DNA from: Mizuhopecten yessoensis
Taxonomy: Eukaryota
Length of the DNA stretch: 64,000 bases
Direction of reading: 5' to 3'
Assembly: GCF_002113885.1 (NCBI RefSeq)
Contig: NW_018408770.1
Coordinates: 536,115 to 600,114, forward strand
The notes beneath the pieces were generated by a model. The model saw only the letters and a program-made list of their open reading frames with translations. It ran no database searches and was not told the origin of the DNA. Position numbers and translations under genes: made by a program. Shown here piece by piece: positions 42,501 to 51,229 of this stretch (positions within the stretch are counted from its first letter, which is position 1; every line of letters begins with the position of its first letter).

Positions 42501-43207
42501 TATCTTTATTAGAGATAAAAGATCTGTTGTAAGCAATGTGTTGTGTACCATGGTCATATAGCCTTGTCATGACAAGGTCAGGGGTACAAAGATCTGTCTA
42601 ATGAGATAAGACTGGAACCGATACATTTGTCAGTGTACAGAGGGTCAGGTTTATACAGACACGTTTTTACATGTCAGTATTTAAGGCTATATGCCATTTT
42701 GTAGAGAAATATTAAAGAAAAAAGTTGATACACTTCAAAATTTTGATTTAAGGTAGGTTTCCAAATGACTATTTGTTGGATATCATGTTTAATTTAACTC
42801 AAACTGTATAAAGACATCAGGTTTCATTTTACAATATGAAAGTTGCTGAACATGAGTTAGCAAAACATGAAAACCAGTCATCACAAGTTGGTGAATCTGC
42901 TTCTACCAAAATATTCAGAATATGTCAGGAAAACAAATACTTTATACGTGATTCCATATTCTACAAATCAAAATATCTTGATTCAACTTCATTTTATGAG
43001 TGACGTCACCAAACAATGTGACATAATTTTTCAACCAATAAAAAACAAACTTATACTGTTACAGATCATCAGTAAATATTTCATTTACATTAAATATTGT
43101 CCCATTACATTGTATAAGAAATATCAGTATAGGCAATAGTTATATGCTGTCTTTCACTTCCAGGAAAGTATGTAGCAGATCCGGACTTGAACCAAAGCAG
43201 TGTATGA
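6506..43207 (+). CDS. FCHO2: F-BAR domain only protein (FCHO1/2-like muniscin), 25 core coding exons, ~891 aa
   Basis: Exons 6506-6532, 7971-8062, 8778-8852, 10737-10878, 11153-11224, 12590-12670, 13003-13027, 13682-13761, 14193-14291, 14608-14704, 19927-20034, 22114-22197, 31101-31167, 32666-32681, 32949-33057, 33402-33529, 34101-34168, 34447-34616, 35845-36011, 39582-39784, 40039-40194, 40651-40783, 41074-41276, 42246-42475, 43164-43207. All are GT-AG with matching phases; total 2676 nt. Translation [26 protein letters not shown]...TFAPFW...TGTEKPGPIEF...[10 protein letters not shown]...SSDSD...SRGPSPLT...AIAFTE...FAAGKY matches the FCHO2 architecture recalled from memory. Confidence 0.95.
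7362..7496 (+). mobile_element. decayed copy of the tRNA-containing LTR
   Basis: GAACTGGACTG...TAGCTCAATGG...CAGGTTTGAAA...GGTCTGGC..TGCA. Confidence 0.55.
7971..8062 (+). CDS. FCHO2: FCHO exon 2, F-BAR ([30 protein letters not shown])
   Basis: ttttcag acceptor, GTATGT donor, conserved FCH motif. Confidence 0.95.
8778..8852 (+). CDS. FCHO2: FCHO exon 3 ([25 protein letters not shown])
   Basis: AG/GTAAGT; EE.Y..L.KLA F-BAR motif. Confidence 0.93.
10737..10878 (+). CDS. FCHO2: FCHO exon 4 ([17 protein letters not shown]...HKN)
   Basis: AG/GTATGT; GTFAP.W motif. Confidence 0.95.
11153..11224 (+). CDS. FCHO2: FCHO exon 5 ([24 protein letters not shown])
   Basis: tttcag/GTAAGA, phase 0-0. Confidence 0.93.
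11245..11775. mobile_element. foldback non-autonomous element
   Basis: inverted repeat 11261-11295 / 11337-11371, TGACGTCA palindromes, end TATCTTAC...TGAGAGAA shared with the 17821 element. Confidence 0.6.
12590..12670 (+). CDS. FCHO2: FCHO exon 6 ([27 protein letters not shown])
   Basis: tttttag/GTATTC. Confidence 0.93.
13003..13027 (+). CDS. FCHO2: FCHO exon 7 (AEIKCKKA), 25 nt
   Basis: tttcag/GTAAGT; required for phase. Confidence 0.88.
13682..13761 (+). CDS. FCHO2: FCHO exon 8 ([26 protein letters not shown])
   Basis: ttacag/GTAAGT. Confidence 0.93.
14032..14188 (+). repeat. ~33-bp tandem repeat, ~4.5 copies, abutting the exon 9 acceptor
   Basis: TTTAAATACAGTATGTGATATTTGTGTTAATG repeated. 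Confidence 0.9.
14193..14291 (+). CDS. FCHO2: FCHO exon 9 (HFQELQEEH...LIGQ)
   Basis: ttcag/GTAGGT. Confidence 0.93.
14608..14704 (+). CDS. FCHO2: FCHO exon 10 (VHKEFK...KKTGTEKP), end of F-BAR
   Basis: ttttag/GTAAGG. Confidence 0.93.
16236..17208 (+). mobile_element. complete HINE-like element with ~156-bp internal repeats (~3.5 copies)
   Basis: TAGCCCACC subTIR with inverted copy, (CGTC)n, repeats at 16371/16527/16683/16837, 3' GGTGGGC and hairpin CAAGATCCC-TT-GGGATCTTG. Confidence 0.85.
17821..18177. mobile_element. foldback element centred on CCCGAGGCTTTGCCAAGGG, source of the adjacent 53-bp array
   Basis: nested inverted repeats GTAAGATT...TCTAGCCC / GGGCCAGA...AATCTTAC. Confidence 0.55.
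18178..19343 (+). repeat. 53-bp minisatellite, ~22 copies
   Basis: TTGGTGTCTAATGGGGGAGAACTACCTATCTTACCCACAAAGGTATGAGAGAA. Confidence 0.97.
19927..20034 (+). CDS. FCHO2: FCHO exon 11 ([11 protein letters not shown]...KRGQ)
   Basis: cttcag/GTAAGC; completes the PGPIEF motif. Confidence 0.9.
20795..21208 (+). repeat. 34-bp minisatellite, ~12 copies
   Basis: ACTGACCAGTTATACCAACTGTATACAGGTATGA. Confidence 0.95.
21292..21324 (+). CDS. FCHO2: candidate alternative FCHO microexon ([11 protein letters not shown]), 33 nt
   Basis: strong pyrimidine tract + CAG, GTATGC donor, symmetric phase 1, same start and end residues as exon 12. Confidence 0.5.
22114..22197 (+). CDS. FCHO2: FCHO exon 12 ([28 protein letters not shown])
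   Basis: pyrimidine tract + CAG, GTAATG donor, symmetric phase 1, GC-rich. Confidence 0.8.
22393..22503 (+). repeat. ~55-bp tandem duplication
   Basis: GTTGGAGGGTGGGACCTAGTGGTCAGGAACACCCTAGC.TGATCAAGGGAATAGT x2. Confidence 0.9.
23059..24175 (+). repeat. 34-bp minisatellite, ~33 nearly identical copies
   Basis: TTACAGGGTACAAGGAAGCTAGTGCTCTATTATG. Confidence 0.98.
24581..24646 (+). repeat. 17-bp G-rich repeat x4, G-quadruplex-forming potential
   Basis: (AGGGGAGGGGCACTTGA)n, eight G4 tracts. Confidence 0.85.
25310..26480 (+). repeat. degenerate 30-42-bp minisatellite
   Basis: TTGGTCTTGTTGATGACAGTTGTGTCA core with variable linkers. Confidence 0.95.
26839..27016 (+). repeat. ~88-bp tandem duplication
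   Basis: AGAATTTTGCAAATTGTAGG...GGCACTGTCATAA x2. Confidence 0.9.
27761..27989 (+). repeat. ~29-bp minisatellite, ~8 copies
   Basis: TACTTACTAGGTAAATTGTACTAAGGATA. Confidence 0.93.
29560..29574 (+). CDS. FCHO2: candidate 15-nt FCHO microexon (SFLIR)
   Basis: cctttccag acceptor, GTAAGC donor, symmetric phase 1. Confidence 0.5.
31101..31167 (+). CDS. FCHO2: FCHO exon 13, lysine-rich ([22 protein letters not shown])
   Basis: tttag/GTATGT; basic patch followed by ESV as in FCHO2. Confidence 0.85.
31352..32562 (+). mobile_element. complete HINE-like element with ~155-bp internal units in a ~464-bp higher-order repeat
   Basis: subTIRs TAGCTCACCTGG (31355) and CCAGGTGAGCTA (32528), GCGTCCG repeats, 3' hairpin AGGCCC-CT-GGGCCT, T-rich flanks. 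Confidence 0.88.
32666..32681 (+). CDS. FCHO2: FCHO exon 14, 16 nt (DTQEG)
   Basis: ttacag/GTAAGT; bridges phase 2 to phase 0. Confidence 0.8.
32949..33057 (+). CDS. FCHO2: FCHO exon 15, AP2-activating linker ([14 protein letters not shown]...[10 protein letters not shown])
   Basis: conserved D.EGY.I.P and YSSDSD blocks. Confidence 0.93.
33402..33529 (+). CDS. FCHO2: FCHO exon 16 ([13 protein letters not shown]...LRLSPVA)
   Basis: KK..VEI.P and ASV..L.LSP linker blocks; GTATGT donor. Confidence 0.92.
33518..33908 (+). repeat. 33/36-bp tandem repeat (~11 copies) containing the exon 16 donor
   Basis: TCTCCTGTAGCA/GTATGTATACAGTTATACTGA repeated. Confidence 0.95.
34101..34168 (+). CDS. FCHO2: FCHO exon 17 ([22 protein letters not shown])
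   Basis: tgcag/GTAAGT, phase 0-2. Confidence 0.85.
34447..34616 (+). CDS. FCHO2: FCHO exon 18, Ser/Pro-rich linker
   Basis: ttacag/GTGAGT, phase 2-1. Confidence 0.88.
34881..34913 (+). CDS. FCHO2: candidate FCHO microexon ([11 protein letters not shown]), 33 nt
   Basis: pyrimidine tract + tacag, GTAAGG donor, symmetric phase 1. Confidence 0.55.
34950..35400 (+). repeat. degenerate minisatellite
   Basis: ATGACTTGGTGTAGGGTTGTTATGAT... recurring. Confidence 0.8.
35845..36011 (+). CDS. FCHO2: FCHO exon 19 (ISGLF...[14 protein letters not shown]); 3' end ambiguous because the donor is tandemly amplified
   Basis: ttacag acceptor; first donor CAG/GTACGT; PRP.SR motif. Confidence 0.85.
35979..39465 (+). 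repeat. 45-bp in-frame tandem array (~74 units) of the exon 19 end plus splice donor
   Basis: TCATCATCTCGTAACAAAGGCATCATACCTCAG/GTACATACACTG; ~35 identical core copies with degenerate flanks. Confidence 0.98.
39582..39784 (+). CDS. FCHO2: FCHO exon 20, start of mu-homology domain ([23 protein letters not shown]...YFKG)
   Basis: highly conserved muniscin motif; ttctag/GTAAGG. Confidence 0.95.
40039..40194 (+). CDS. FCHO2: FCHO exon 21, muHD ([16 protein letters not shown]...)
   Basis: conserved SFPAG motif; GTGAGT donor. Confidence 0.95.
40207..40450 (-). mobile_element. tRNA-derived SINE with V-domain-like core
   Basis: minus strand A box TGGTGCAGTGG, B box GGTTCAATTCC, core GTGGGTTTTTCTGCAGGTACTCTGGTTTACTCCCAC, AT-rich tail. 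Confidence 0.8.
40651..40783 (+). CDS. FCHO2: FCHO exon 22, muHD (...[10 protein letters not shown])
   Basis: conserved Y.N.D.LKYQ motif. Confidence 0.95.
41074..41276 (+). CDS. FCHO2: FCHO exon 23, muHD ([10 protein letters not shown]...DYKYN)
   Basis: conserved motifs; GTAAGT donor. Confidence 0.95.
41719..41969 (-). mobile_element. decayed tRNA-containing LTR relative, interrupted by a 22-bp tandem repeat (41781-41893)
   Basis: GCCAGACTAGGATTCAAACCC (B-box complement) and CCAGCTAAGCCA (A-box complement). Confidence 0.45.
42246..42475 (+). CDS. FCHO2: FCHO exon 24, muHD (GSIRAKF...GPSKP...[13 protein letters not shown])
   Basis: conserved motifs. Confidence 0.95.
43164..43207 (+). CDS. 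FCHO2: FCHO last coding exon ([14 protein letters not shown])
   Basis: ttccag acceptor; G.Y.AD terminal motif; TGA at 43205-43207. Confidence 0.92.
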
Positions 43208-44192
43208 TATTAATGGCCGCCACAATGGCGACATAACAACGTTAACTCAGGTGACCTCCCCTAGATCGGACAGCAAGGGCAGCAGGTTCACAGCACACAC
43301 CAACTCTACCCACAACAGGAAATCCGCAGGGCGCAACTCACCATACATAATGGATCTCACAGGACGCAATTACCAAACTGCTACAAAAGATACAGCAGGG
43401 ATCTCACTGATAACATCATTTGCTCCTTTAGACTGTTAAATTTTGAGACACATATTCTGTAAACATGTTAGATTGTTTAAAAAGTATTTTTGTGCAGTTA
43501 AGGTTCATAATATGCCACTATTCATTAGTAATAGTTCATAAAATATTTAGAAAAGAAATCAGTTGCATGCAGTAATATATTATCAATAGACATAAAATTT
43601 AATTAAGTTACATAAAAGTAATACAACATGATGTAGTGATTTGATTATTAAAGTTTTAATCAGAAATGGGCAGGAATAGTTGTCTATACTAGCCAAAATT
43701 TACACACTCCAGTGTCTATGTCCAGTGTTACGTTGGGGCCTGCCAGCCTGTTGTTACCTGTTCGTGGCTGATGACATACTCCAGACCAAATATAGTTATC
43801 AGGAACTCCTAGTCACAAAATCGTACGGCCAATAATCATCACTGTCACCTCCTGGCCTTCGGGCTCCACACTTAACCATTCCGTGAGTGTTACTTCATTA
43901 AGCCATTACACCAGTGTTGTGGTGCAGCGTCCGTCCCCGTCACTAAGTATTGTTTGATGTTGAGGATTTAGCAAATTCAAAATTTCTGAAATTTGAAGTG
44001 GGGAAGATAAAAATAATAAAAGTTTGAAGAACTGTCATTTTTACCAGTAAACTAGATGAGCGATTCAGACTCAGTGAGCTGTTATGTATATGCACCTGTG
44101 AGACTGGCTGATGTTTAAGTATTGCACTGCACTTTGATACTGGCCTCTGATATCACACACTATCCACACTCAGATATCTACTGTTCAGTAGA

Positions 44193-44342
44193 GGGGGGTC
44201 GGGTGGGTTTTCTCCAGGTACTCCGGTTTCCTCCCACATTAAGACCCCTGCACGCTAACATTCGGGTCAACAAGAGTGATTTATTTAAGTTGAAATAACT
44301 TGTTTCATAATTGTTGTAAAATAGATAAAGTTTACATTTACA
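44193..44342 (+). mobile_element. same SINE family, tRNA head internally deleted
   Basis: GGTCGGGTGG joined directly to GTTTTCTCCAGGTACTCCGGTTTCCTCCCAC; 3' half matches the 40207-40450 copy. Confidence 0.8.
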
Positions 44343-47300
44343 GTGGGGTCAAGTAATCAATGTTAACCGTTACCATTGATTACTTTACGTTACTAACGTA
44401 TGTAGTTTCCTGGTTTCTTCACACCATCTCAAATTGATGCTGTGTTAGATATGCTAGGTGAAAATTACTGTAAGAATTGGCTAGAAAGAAATTCAGTGTG
44501 TGATATTGTAGGTCACTATCCCTATTTTAAATTGTCCAATTTCCAATTTGTCTTTCATCTGTGATATGCTTTGTACTGTATGTATGTAATATATTCCTGA
44601 TGGGTCATTTATCACGTAGTTAGGATTAAGAGGCTGTGCAAATAGCAGCTTGTATTTATTCGGATACCTCCATTGTTTCATGTCATTGTAATTTTTAGTT
44701 TATCATTTTATTCTTATTTTGTTTTCTTTGAAATAAGTATTACACTATTTTGGTTAAAGCTATTGGTAGCTAAGATCAGAAAATATCTTTCTGTTCTATA
44801 TCCCTTCAGATACAAAAGCAAATACATAATTTTGTAAAACATGTGTACTCATTGTATAGAACACTATAATCATACATATATACATATGAATGTATACAGG
44901 AATTATACTTGATAAAACTTTATTTGACATAATTGATTGATCAAGGTAAAGAAATATATATACACATGTATTTCATTAAAGGATAGAAAAAATGGGAGCA
45001 CTTCTGTAAGTGGTGTTCAGAAAATGACTGACATCATGATTTGTGGCATTTTACAGTCGAAGGATAACCTTATTCTGAATTGTTGACATTTTTGTGGTTG
45101 TGTTTATTAATCAACAAAATGAGTACTTTGAAAATTAGGTTGTCTTCCTGCAGGAATGAGGGTGATGAATTAGAATCCTATCAAATGTACCGGTATATGT
45201 AATCATTCATTTACTAACTATAGGTCATTGCTGTTAAGGAGAATTTTCGTTTTCCATTGCAAGGAAGTGTTGAATTAAATGGCATTGAATAACAAGGAAA
45301 TCCTACATGTTGAATTAGTAGTTGAAACTTTCAAAACATTGGCAAGATCCTTTCGCATTGTTATCGCTGCCTCATATTTCTGGTTACCTCCCCTTGTCAT
45401 GGCGTATTGTGTCATAGCAAGTTATCTCCCTTTAGTCCAGTATTTTCATGGTAGGTTATACTCCATTTCTTCACGACTAATTATCACCCCTTCATCCAAC
45501 AGACTTATCCTGAAGTACCAGGTATTTGGTGGAAATAGATATACGTTAATTTCTGTTACAGACCATTCTCTAGTCCATTCATTTTTTGAGGCTGCTAGTG
45601 TCAGATTAGTGTGTTTCATTGAATGGTCTTCAAGACTAATTATAGCAGCTAGAAAATTCTGTTTAATTCAAATAACAATGGCTCAAGGGTGTTTCATTCC
45701 ATTCATCACAAGACGGCCATCACTATGAAGTATGGTTGTTTCACCTTGTGTTTCAGAGTCACTTAATATATATACTTCATTCACCATAGATGAGCTAGCA
45801 AAATATATCACCCAGTAGGTATTTTTAAATTTCTGTGTTAGAAACATTTCATGATACAATGTATATCATGGCAACTTACTGGTTTGTATGAAACACATTT
45901 TGTAAATTCTACCTTCATTCGATGTTGACACTTGAGACACTGTACGATAATACGAAAGTTATACAAGCAGTAACCTCACCTTTGGGTCATTACAACAAGA
46001 CTCCTGCAATCTAGCTGTACTAGACATTTTAGAAGTATCGTGATTGGGGAAAAAGATATTATACCTAACAAAATTATTTGGTGTCAGTATTATGCTCACA
46101 AGAACTTTTTTATTATTATTATTAAAAAAGATGTTTAAGTGTTTGGGGTTCTATTCCACCATTTAATTGCTGTTAAATCTTTAGAATTTTGTACCATAAG
46201 AGTACAAGCTATAATACTAAGACAGTAACACAAAAAATCCCGCAAATGTCTTTGGGGAATGTTTACTCGCAATACTGGCTACAGGTATGGACATTTAGAT
46301 TTTAAGTATTTGGTTATTATCTCGTACTCTTTGTTAAAAATATTCATACTGAAGAATGATGTTAAAACTATTCATACTGAAGAATGATATGAAGTTTATT
46401 CTTTATTCGTTGACTCTCTGTCTTAAAAATCAATTGAAAGCCTGAATTAAACCAGGGTATCTGCAACAGAGATATTCACCAAGTAGTATTACTGTTGTTG
46501 GTGTATGGCTTCCGGAATGAGTTAATAACAATATGTCTAGTTTATGAGGCATTACATGTTAAACAGAGGGGACATAATATGTTACCGGTGTATGGGCCGA
46601 GTATTGTTACACAAGATAGCTTTTCTGTATTTGTTTTTGTTCTGTTGAGTGGTTGGTATATATCTTTGTTTTTGTTCTGTTGAGTGTGTGTCATATAACC
46701 CTGGTGCATATTGATGTATTTACAATTGATTTCATCAGAATGATAATAGAAGTGCTCTTGTCAAACATGATTGGACAATGTTAGCCTTTTTTTATTTTCC
46801 TAAATAATAAATGTTGACATGTCAGATCACTAGTTTATAATAATTACTTATATATTACATCAGTTCCTGTCAGATTTGTCTCTGTTATTATACCAAACTA
46901 AACTTTCAATTAATTATAACTTTTCTAGGAAGTATGCTATAATAGAAACCTTAAAACAGTAGGTCCACAAGGATTTATAGTTCACAAAAACAAATGAAAA
47001 CAAGAAATCATGCATTTTATTAAGAACTGTCTTCTTTCTCAATTTCTCAATTTTCAGTTGGAAGGAATCTGCAAAGTCATTGGTTAAACATTTTCAAGGT
47101 TTACTGCAGTAAACTTAGCACTTGTTATAGAAAGAGGGGATTAACCTCTGTAATCCATCACAGACGGGATAGACAGGGTCTCCTTGCATAATCTGATAGT
47201 CTTTGTATACAGGTTATCCTGTATATTCCGACACCATACAGTAGGAGAGAGTCTCCCTCTATGTTCTCACACTAGCTTTAGTTAGAAGGGGATTATTTTA

Positions 47301-47455
47301 TACTTTTTACGGCACATACCTACTTGTTTTACTGATAATTGTTAATGTTCATGATGTGCAATAGTTGTGTAGATAATTATTTGCTAATATTTATTTTCTG
47401 TATACAGAATGTGTATATGGATGATGCCAGTCAGTAGAATTTGACAGTGTTTGCA

Positions 47456-48018
47456 TTAATGCCTGACCAGAAGACGTTTTTTGTCTGGTGTTAACATTAA
47501 TGCCAGACCAGAAGACGTTTTTTGTCTGGTGTTAGCATTAATGTCAGACAAGAAGACGGTTTTTGTCTGGTGTTAGCATTAATGTCAGACCAGAAGACGG
47601 TTTTTGTCTGGTGTTAGCATTAATGCCAGACAAGAAGACGGTTTTTGTCTGGAGTTAGCATTAATGCTTGACCAGAAGACGTTTTTTGTCGGGTGTTAGC
47701 ATTAATGCCAGACCAGACGACGGTTTTTGTCTGGTGTTAGCATTAATGCCAGACCAGAAGACGGTTTTTGTCTGGTGTTTGCATTAATGCCAGACCAGAC
47801 GACGTTTTTTGTCTGGTGTTAGCATTAATGCCAGACCAGACGACGTTTTTTGTCTGGTGTAAGCATTAATGCCAGACCAGAAGACGTTTTTTGTCTGGTG
47901 TTTGCATTAATGCTTGACCAGAAGACGTTTTTTGTCTGGTGTTAGCATTAATGCCAGACCAGACGACGTTTTTTGTCTGGTGTAAGCATTAATGCCAGAC
48001 CAGAAGACGGTTTTGTCC
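47456..48018 (+). repeat. 41-bp hairpin-forming tandem repeat, 13 full copies plus 1 partial
   Basis: TTAATGCCAGACCAGAAGACGTTTTTTGTCTGGTGTTAGCA. Confidence 0.97.
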
Positions 48019-48338
48019 GACCACCTGGCTGTTTACAGCACACATTATTATGTTGTTCTCCCCTCCGAATACAGACAGACTCTTTGATCATTTCCTGATT
48101 TTGTCTCCTGGCCAGGATTTTAATGTATAAATATCTTGGGCAAAATATGTATGGTATTTATGTGGAATAATTGTAAGAGATTTTATCCTGTTTTTAAAGA
48201 AAATGAAAATGCAAGCCAAATGGCAAACCATTAAGAATGTGTTGTCATGGCAGATGTTTACAGTGGTGATGTCATGGTGTATATATTCTTAGATTGGTAC
48301 CAACTGTACATGTATATCCAAATCATTATTTATGGAGG

Positions 48339-48344
48339 AATAAA
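48339..48344 (+). terminator. candidate distal FCHO polyadenylation signal AATAAA (others near 44015 and 46806)
   Basis: upstream TGTA motifs and a downstream GT/T-rich tract at 48360-48380. Confidence 0.45.
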
Positions 48345-48389
48345 TCCTTGAATATCACTTGTGTCCTTATTTTGTTCTTCTGCCTGCAA

Positions 48390-48620
48390 CATATTGACTC
48401 ATATTTGTAATCTATTGACTCACACTTGATTCCTATTGACTCATATATTGTAACCTATTGACTTGCACTTGTAACCTATTGACTCGCTTTTGTAACATTG
48501 ACTCGTGCTTGTGTGCCATATTGACTCGCACTTGTAACCTATTGACTCGTGCTTTTGTGGCATATTGACTCACACTTTTAACATATTGACTCACACTTTT
48601 AACATATTGACTCACATTTT
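48390..48620 (+). repeat. degenerate ~21-bp repeat
   Basis: TATTGACTC recurring ~11 times. Confidence 0.85.
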
Positions 48621-51229
48621 AGGAACATATCCTAACTAGGAGGTACCTCTTTTCCAAAAAGAATGGTCTAAGTTAAACATTGCATGGATAGTGGAAAGGG
48701 GTTATCATTAGTCTGAAGGAAAGCATTGGTGAAAATCAGTCTGAATATAAGCACTGGTGGCAACGAGTCTGAATACAAGCTTGACACAGGAATCCGGCCC
48801 TATCAATGAAAATTTGGGTCATACCACTAACATGGAAACAGCTGAGATGTCGACCCATTACCATATTACATTACACATACTCATATGCTACCATGATTGC
48901 CACTAGGGTCTTGCCTGCCACAGGGGACTTAAGTGTCACATGAAAACTGTTCAGATCCTCACCCTATAACTATATAGCTGCTTGCTGGCAATTCAATCGG
49001 TCATGCTAGCTGGATTACCGCTAGTGCCTGGCACCAATATTGGGGACTTAGTTATATTGTCATAATATAGAAATTCTTATCCTATATAACATAACACATA
49101 TATATATCTCAAATAAATGTGCTATGAAGCATCATTGGTCCTTGGACCTGAGATCATTTGTAAAGGAAGAGTGCAGCTCCCCATTGGAATGCAGGTGATG
49201 ATACAGGCTCTATAGGCCTCTTGTAACCATGAAAAATCATACTTTTACCACTCGTGCCAAAAATCTAAACTGTTACTGCTGCATTCGCAATGTGGAGGAG
49301 TTTTATCCAGGAAGTATGCTAAATTTCAGAAGGATGTATAGAGTGTGTGAATGTGAAAGTTTTTTTTTTAATTCTTTATGGATAAATTGCTGGAAACGGA
49401 CAACTCATTCGGTGCACTGTCCGACTCAAATAATGAATCATAAATCGGTAGTTTTAAACACAGCAGATATTTTGTCAGCAAACTACGAAATAGTGATAGA
49501 CACATGATAGTCTCAATATTGACCTCGTATAGGACACGCCTGGAGATAATCGAGGTTTACAAACTTCCGGATCAGTTTGATACAAAAATTGGTGTCATGG
49601 GGTTATTTCAGTCTTCCTTGCCAGCCAGGCACGGCACGAGTTAGCTCGGGCCTCTTAAGCTCAAAATGAAAAGTTATTTTGGGAATTAATACACAGGCGA
49701 ATCCAGCATTTTTTCACGACGCTCAACCTCGAATGTGTGCACGATCAACGCACCTCCCTCCCCTACATACGAAAGCCGATTCGTTATACTTAGTAATAAA
49801 ATGACTCGTGTCGACGCAGCTCGTTCGGCTTTCGTACCTACACATACACACATACCTTTAGGTGGTTGAGATTATTGAGCCCCCATCCGTAATGCCAAAT
49901 ACTTTCTCAAAAACGCTAAATTCATGATGATTCCCGACCCATCACCAAATGGAACCCAGGCCACTAACTTGAATACTATTTGTAAAAGGAAATCCTCTTG
50001 TATAGCTCTGTTGGATAGGCGTGGAAAGATCGCGGTATATATCAACGTGTGGTTGATGTACCCAACCGGCTTACCATACAATTACTACATTTTTATTTGT
50101 CGTCAACATAAATAGCCCGAGCTTCAATAGACGAAATGGGTTAACATTTCATATCATTATGCCCTGTACAGTTCATAGGTGGTCTCCGACTCATAGTGTT
50201 AAAAGGAAAATTGTACCAATGCATTCCATATAAAAAGTCAAAAAGTCATTGATCGACAAAGCTCCATACCGTCAACTGGGACACGAGTAATTTAGCATTT
50301 TTATTTTAAAACCTATATAGGCCTACCGCTGTACGAAGGAGAAAGTTAAGAGCGGTTGACCTTTTGAACCTGAAAAAATGGTATACCTTTGAAGTTTTGA
50401 AGTCACAAGGGTAGCCGTGCAGATTCATGGTTACCTACATTTAGTGGTTATGCAGAGGTACCAAATATCCTGGGTCACTGTAAACTACGCTATTGTTTAC
50501 TTCATATATCATCGTCTGCATACCAAGGTTCCCAATAACTACTGCATGGCATACTGATAACATCTTTAGATTTGTTTCTACTGATTAAATGTAACGCACT
50601 TAATTGTCAATCGACTCTGCCAATCTATCACAAACGAGGGGTTCGTCACTAGTGTTCTTTGTCCCTTTGTTAGAAGTGACTCGACCTCTGTTCTTGACAA
50701 TGGTTATAATGGACTTAATTTTAGATCGTCTGGCTCAGTGATTTGGTTAAACTCCTAAATATATGTTCCCATTGGTCCATTCCCAATGATCCGTGTACCA
50801 GTACGTCCATCTGATCAGACATGCCGATGTATTGAATAAACCTCTTAAATTTATCAATATTCAACACTCGGGTGATATATTTAACGATACCCCCCTTGTG
50901 GAAATGGTACGCCTGTATAACACGGCCCACTATCAGCCGTTCATATCTCCCAAGCACACTGACAAATATGCGGATCGGGATTATATACAGTGACAAATCA
51001 CCGAATACGGACACTTATGAACCCGTTTTATAACGTCTCACTACTACTACGGTTTTTGCATTTTCCTCTCGACAATCACATGTATACGTTGCTGAAAGAT
51101 CTTGTGGTATAAATAACGTGAATTAAGGAAGCAGTTTGCCACTGTGTCAGACACCGAAATATACAGATCCAGAGGTAATATCTTTTTACTGAAATGAAAT
51201 ACGGAAGATGCTGCTGAATTATTGTTAAA

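Noticed and set aside
45279-45728. 149-aa ORF downstream of FCHO
   Set aside because: No recognisable domain; lies in probable UTR with decayed repeat sequence.
50721-51014. Short ORFs upstream of the TRIM-NHL gene
   Set aside because: No recognisable motif or splice connection; lengths are compatible with chance.
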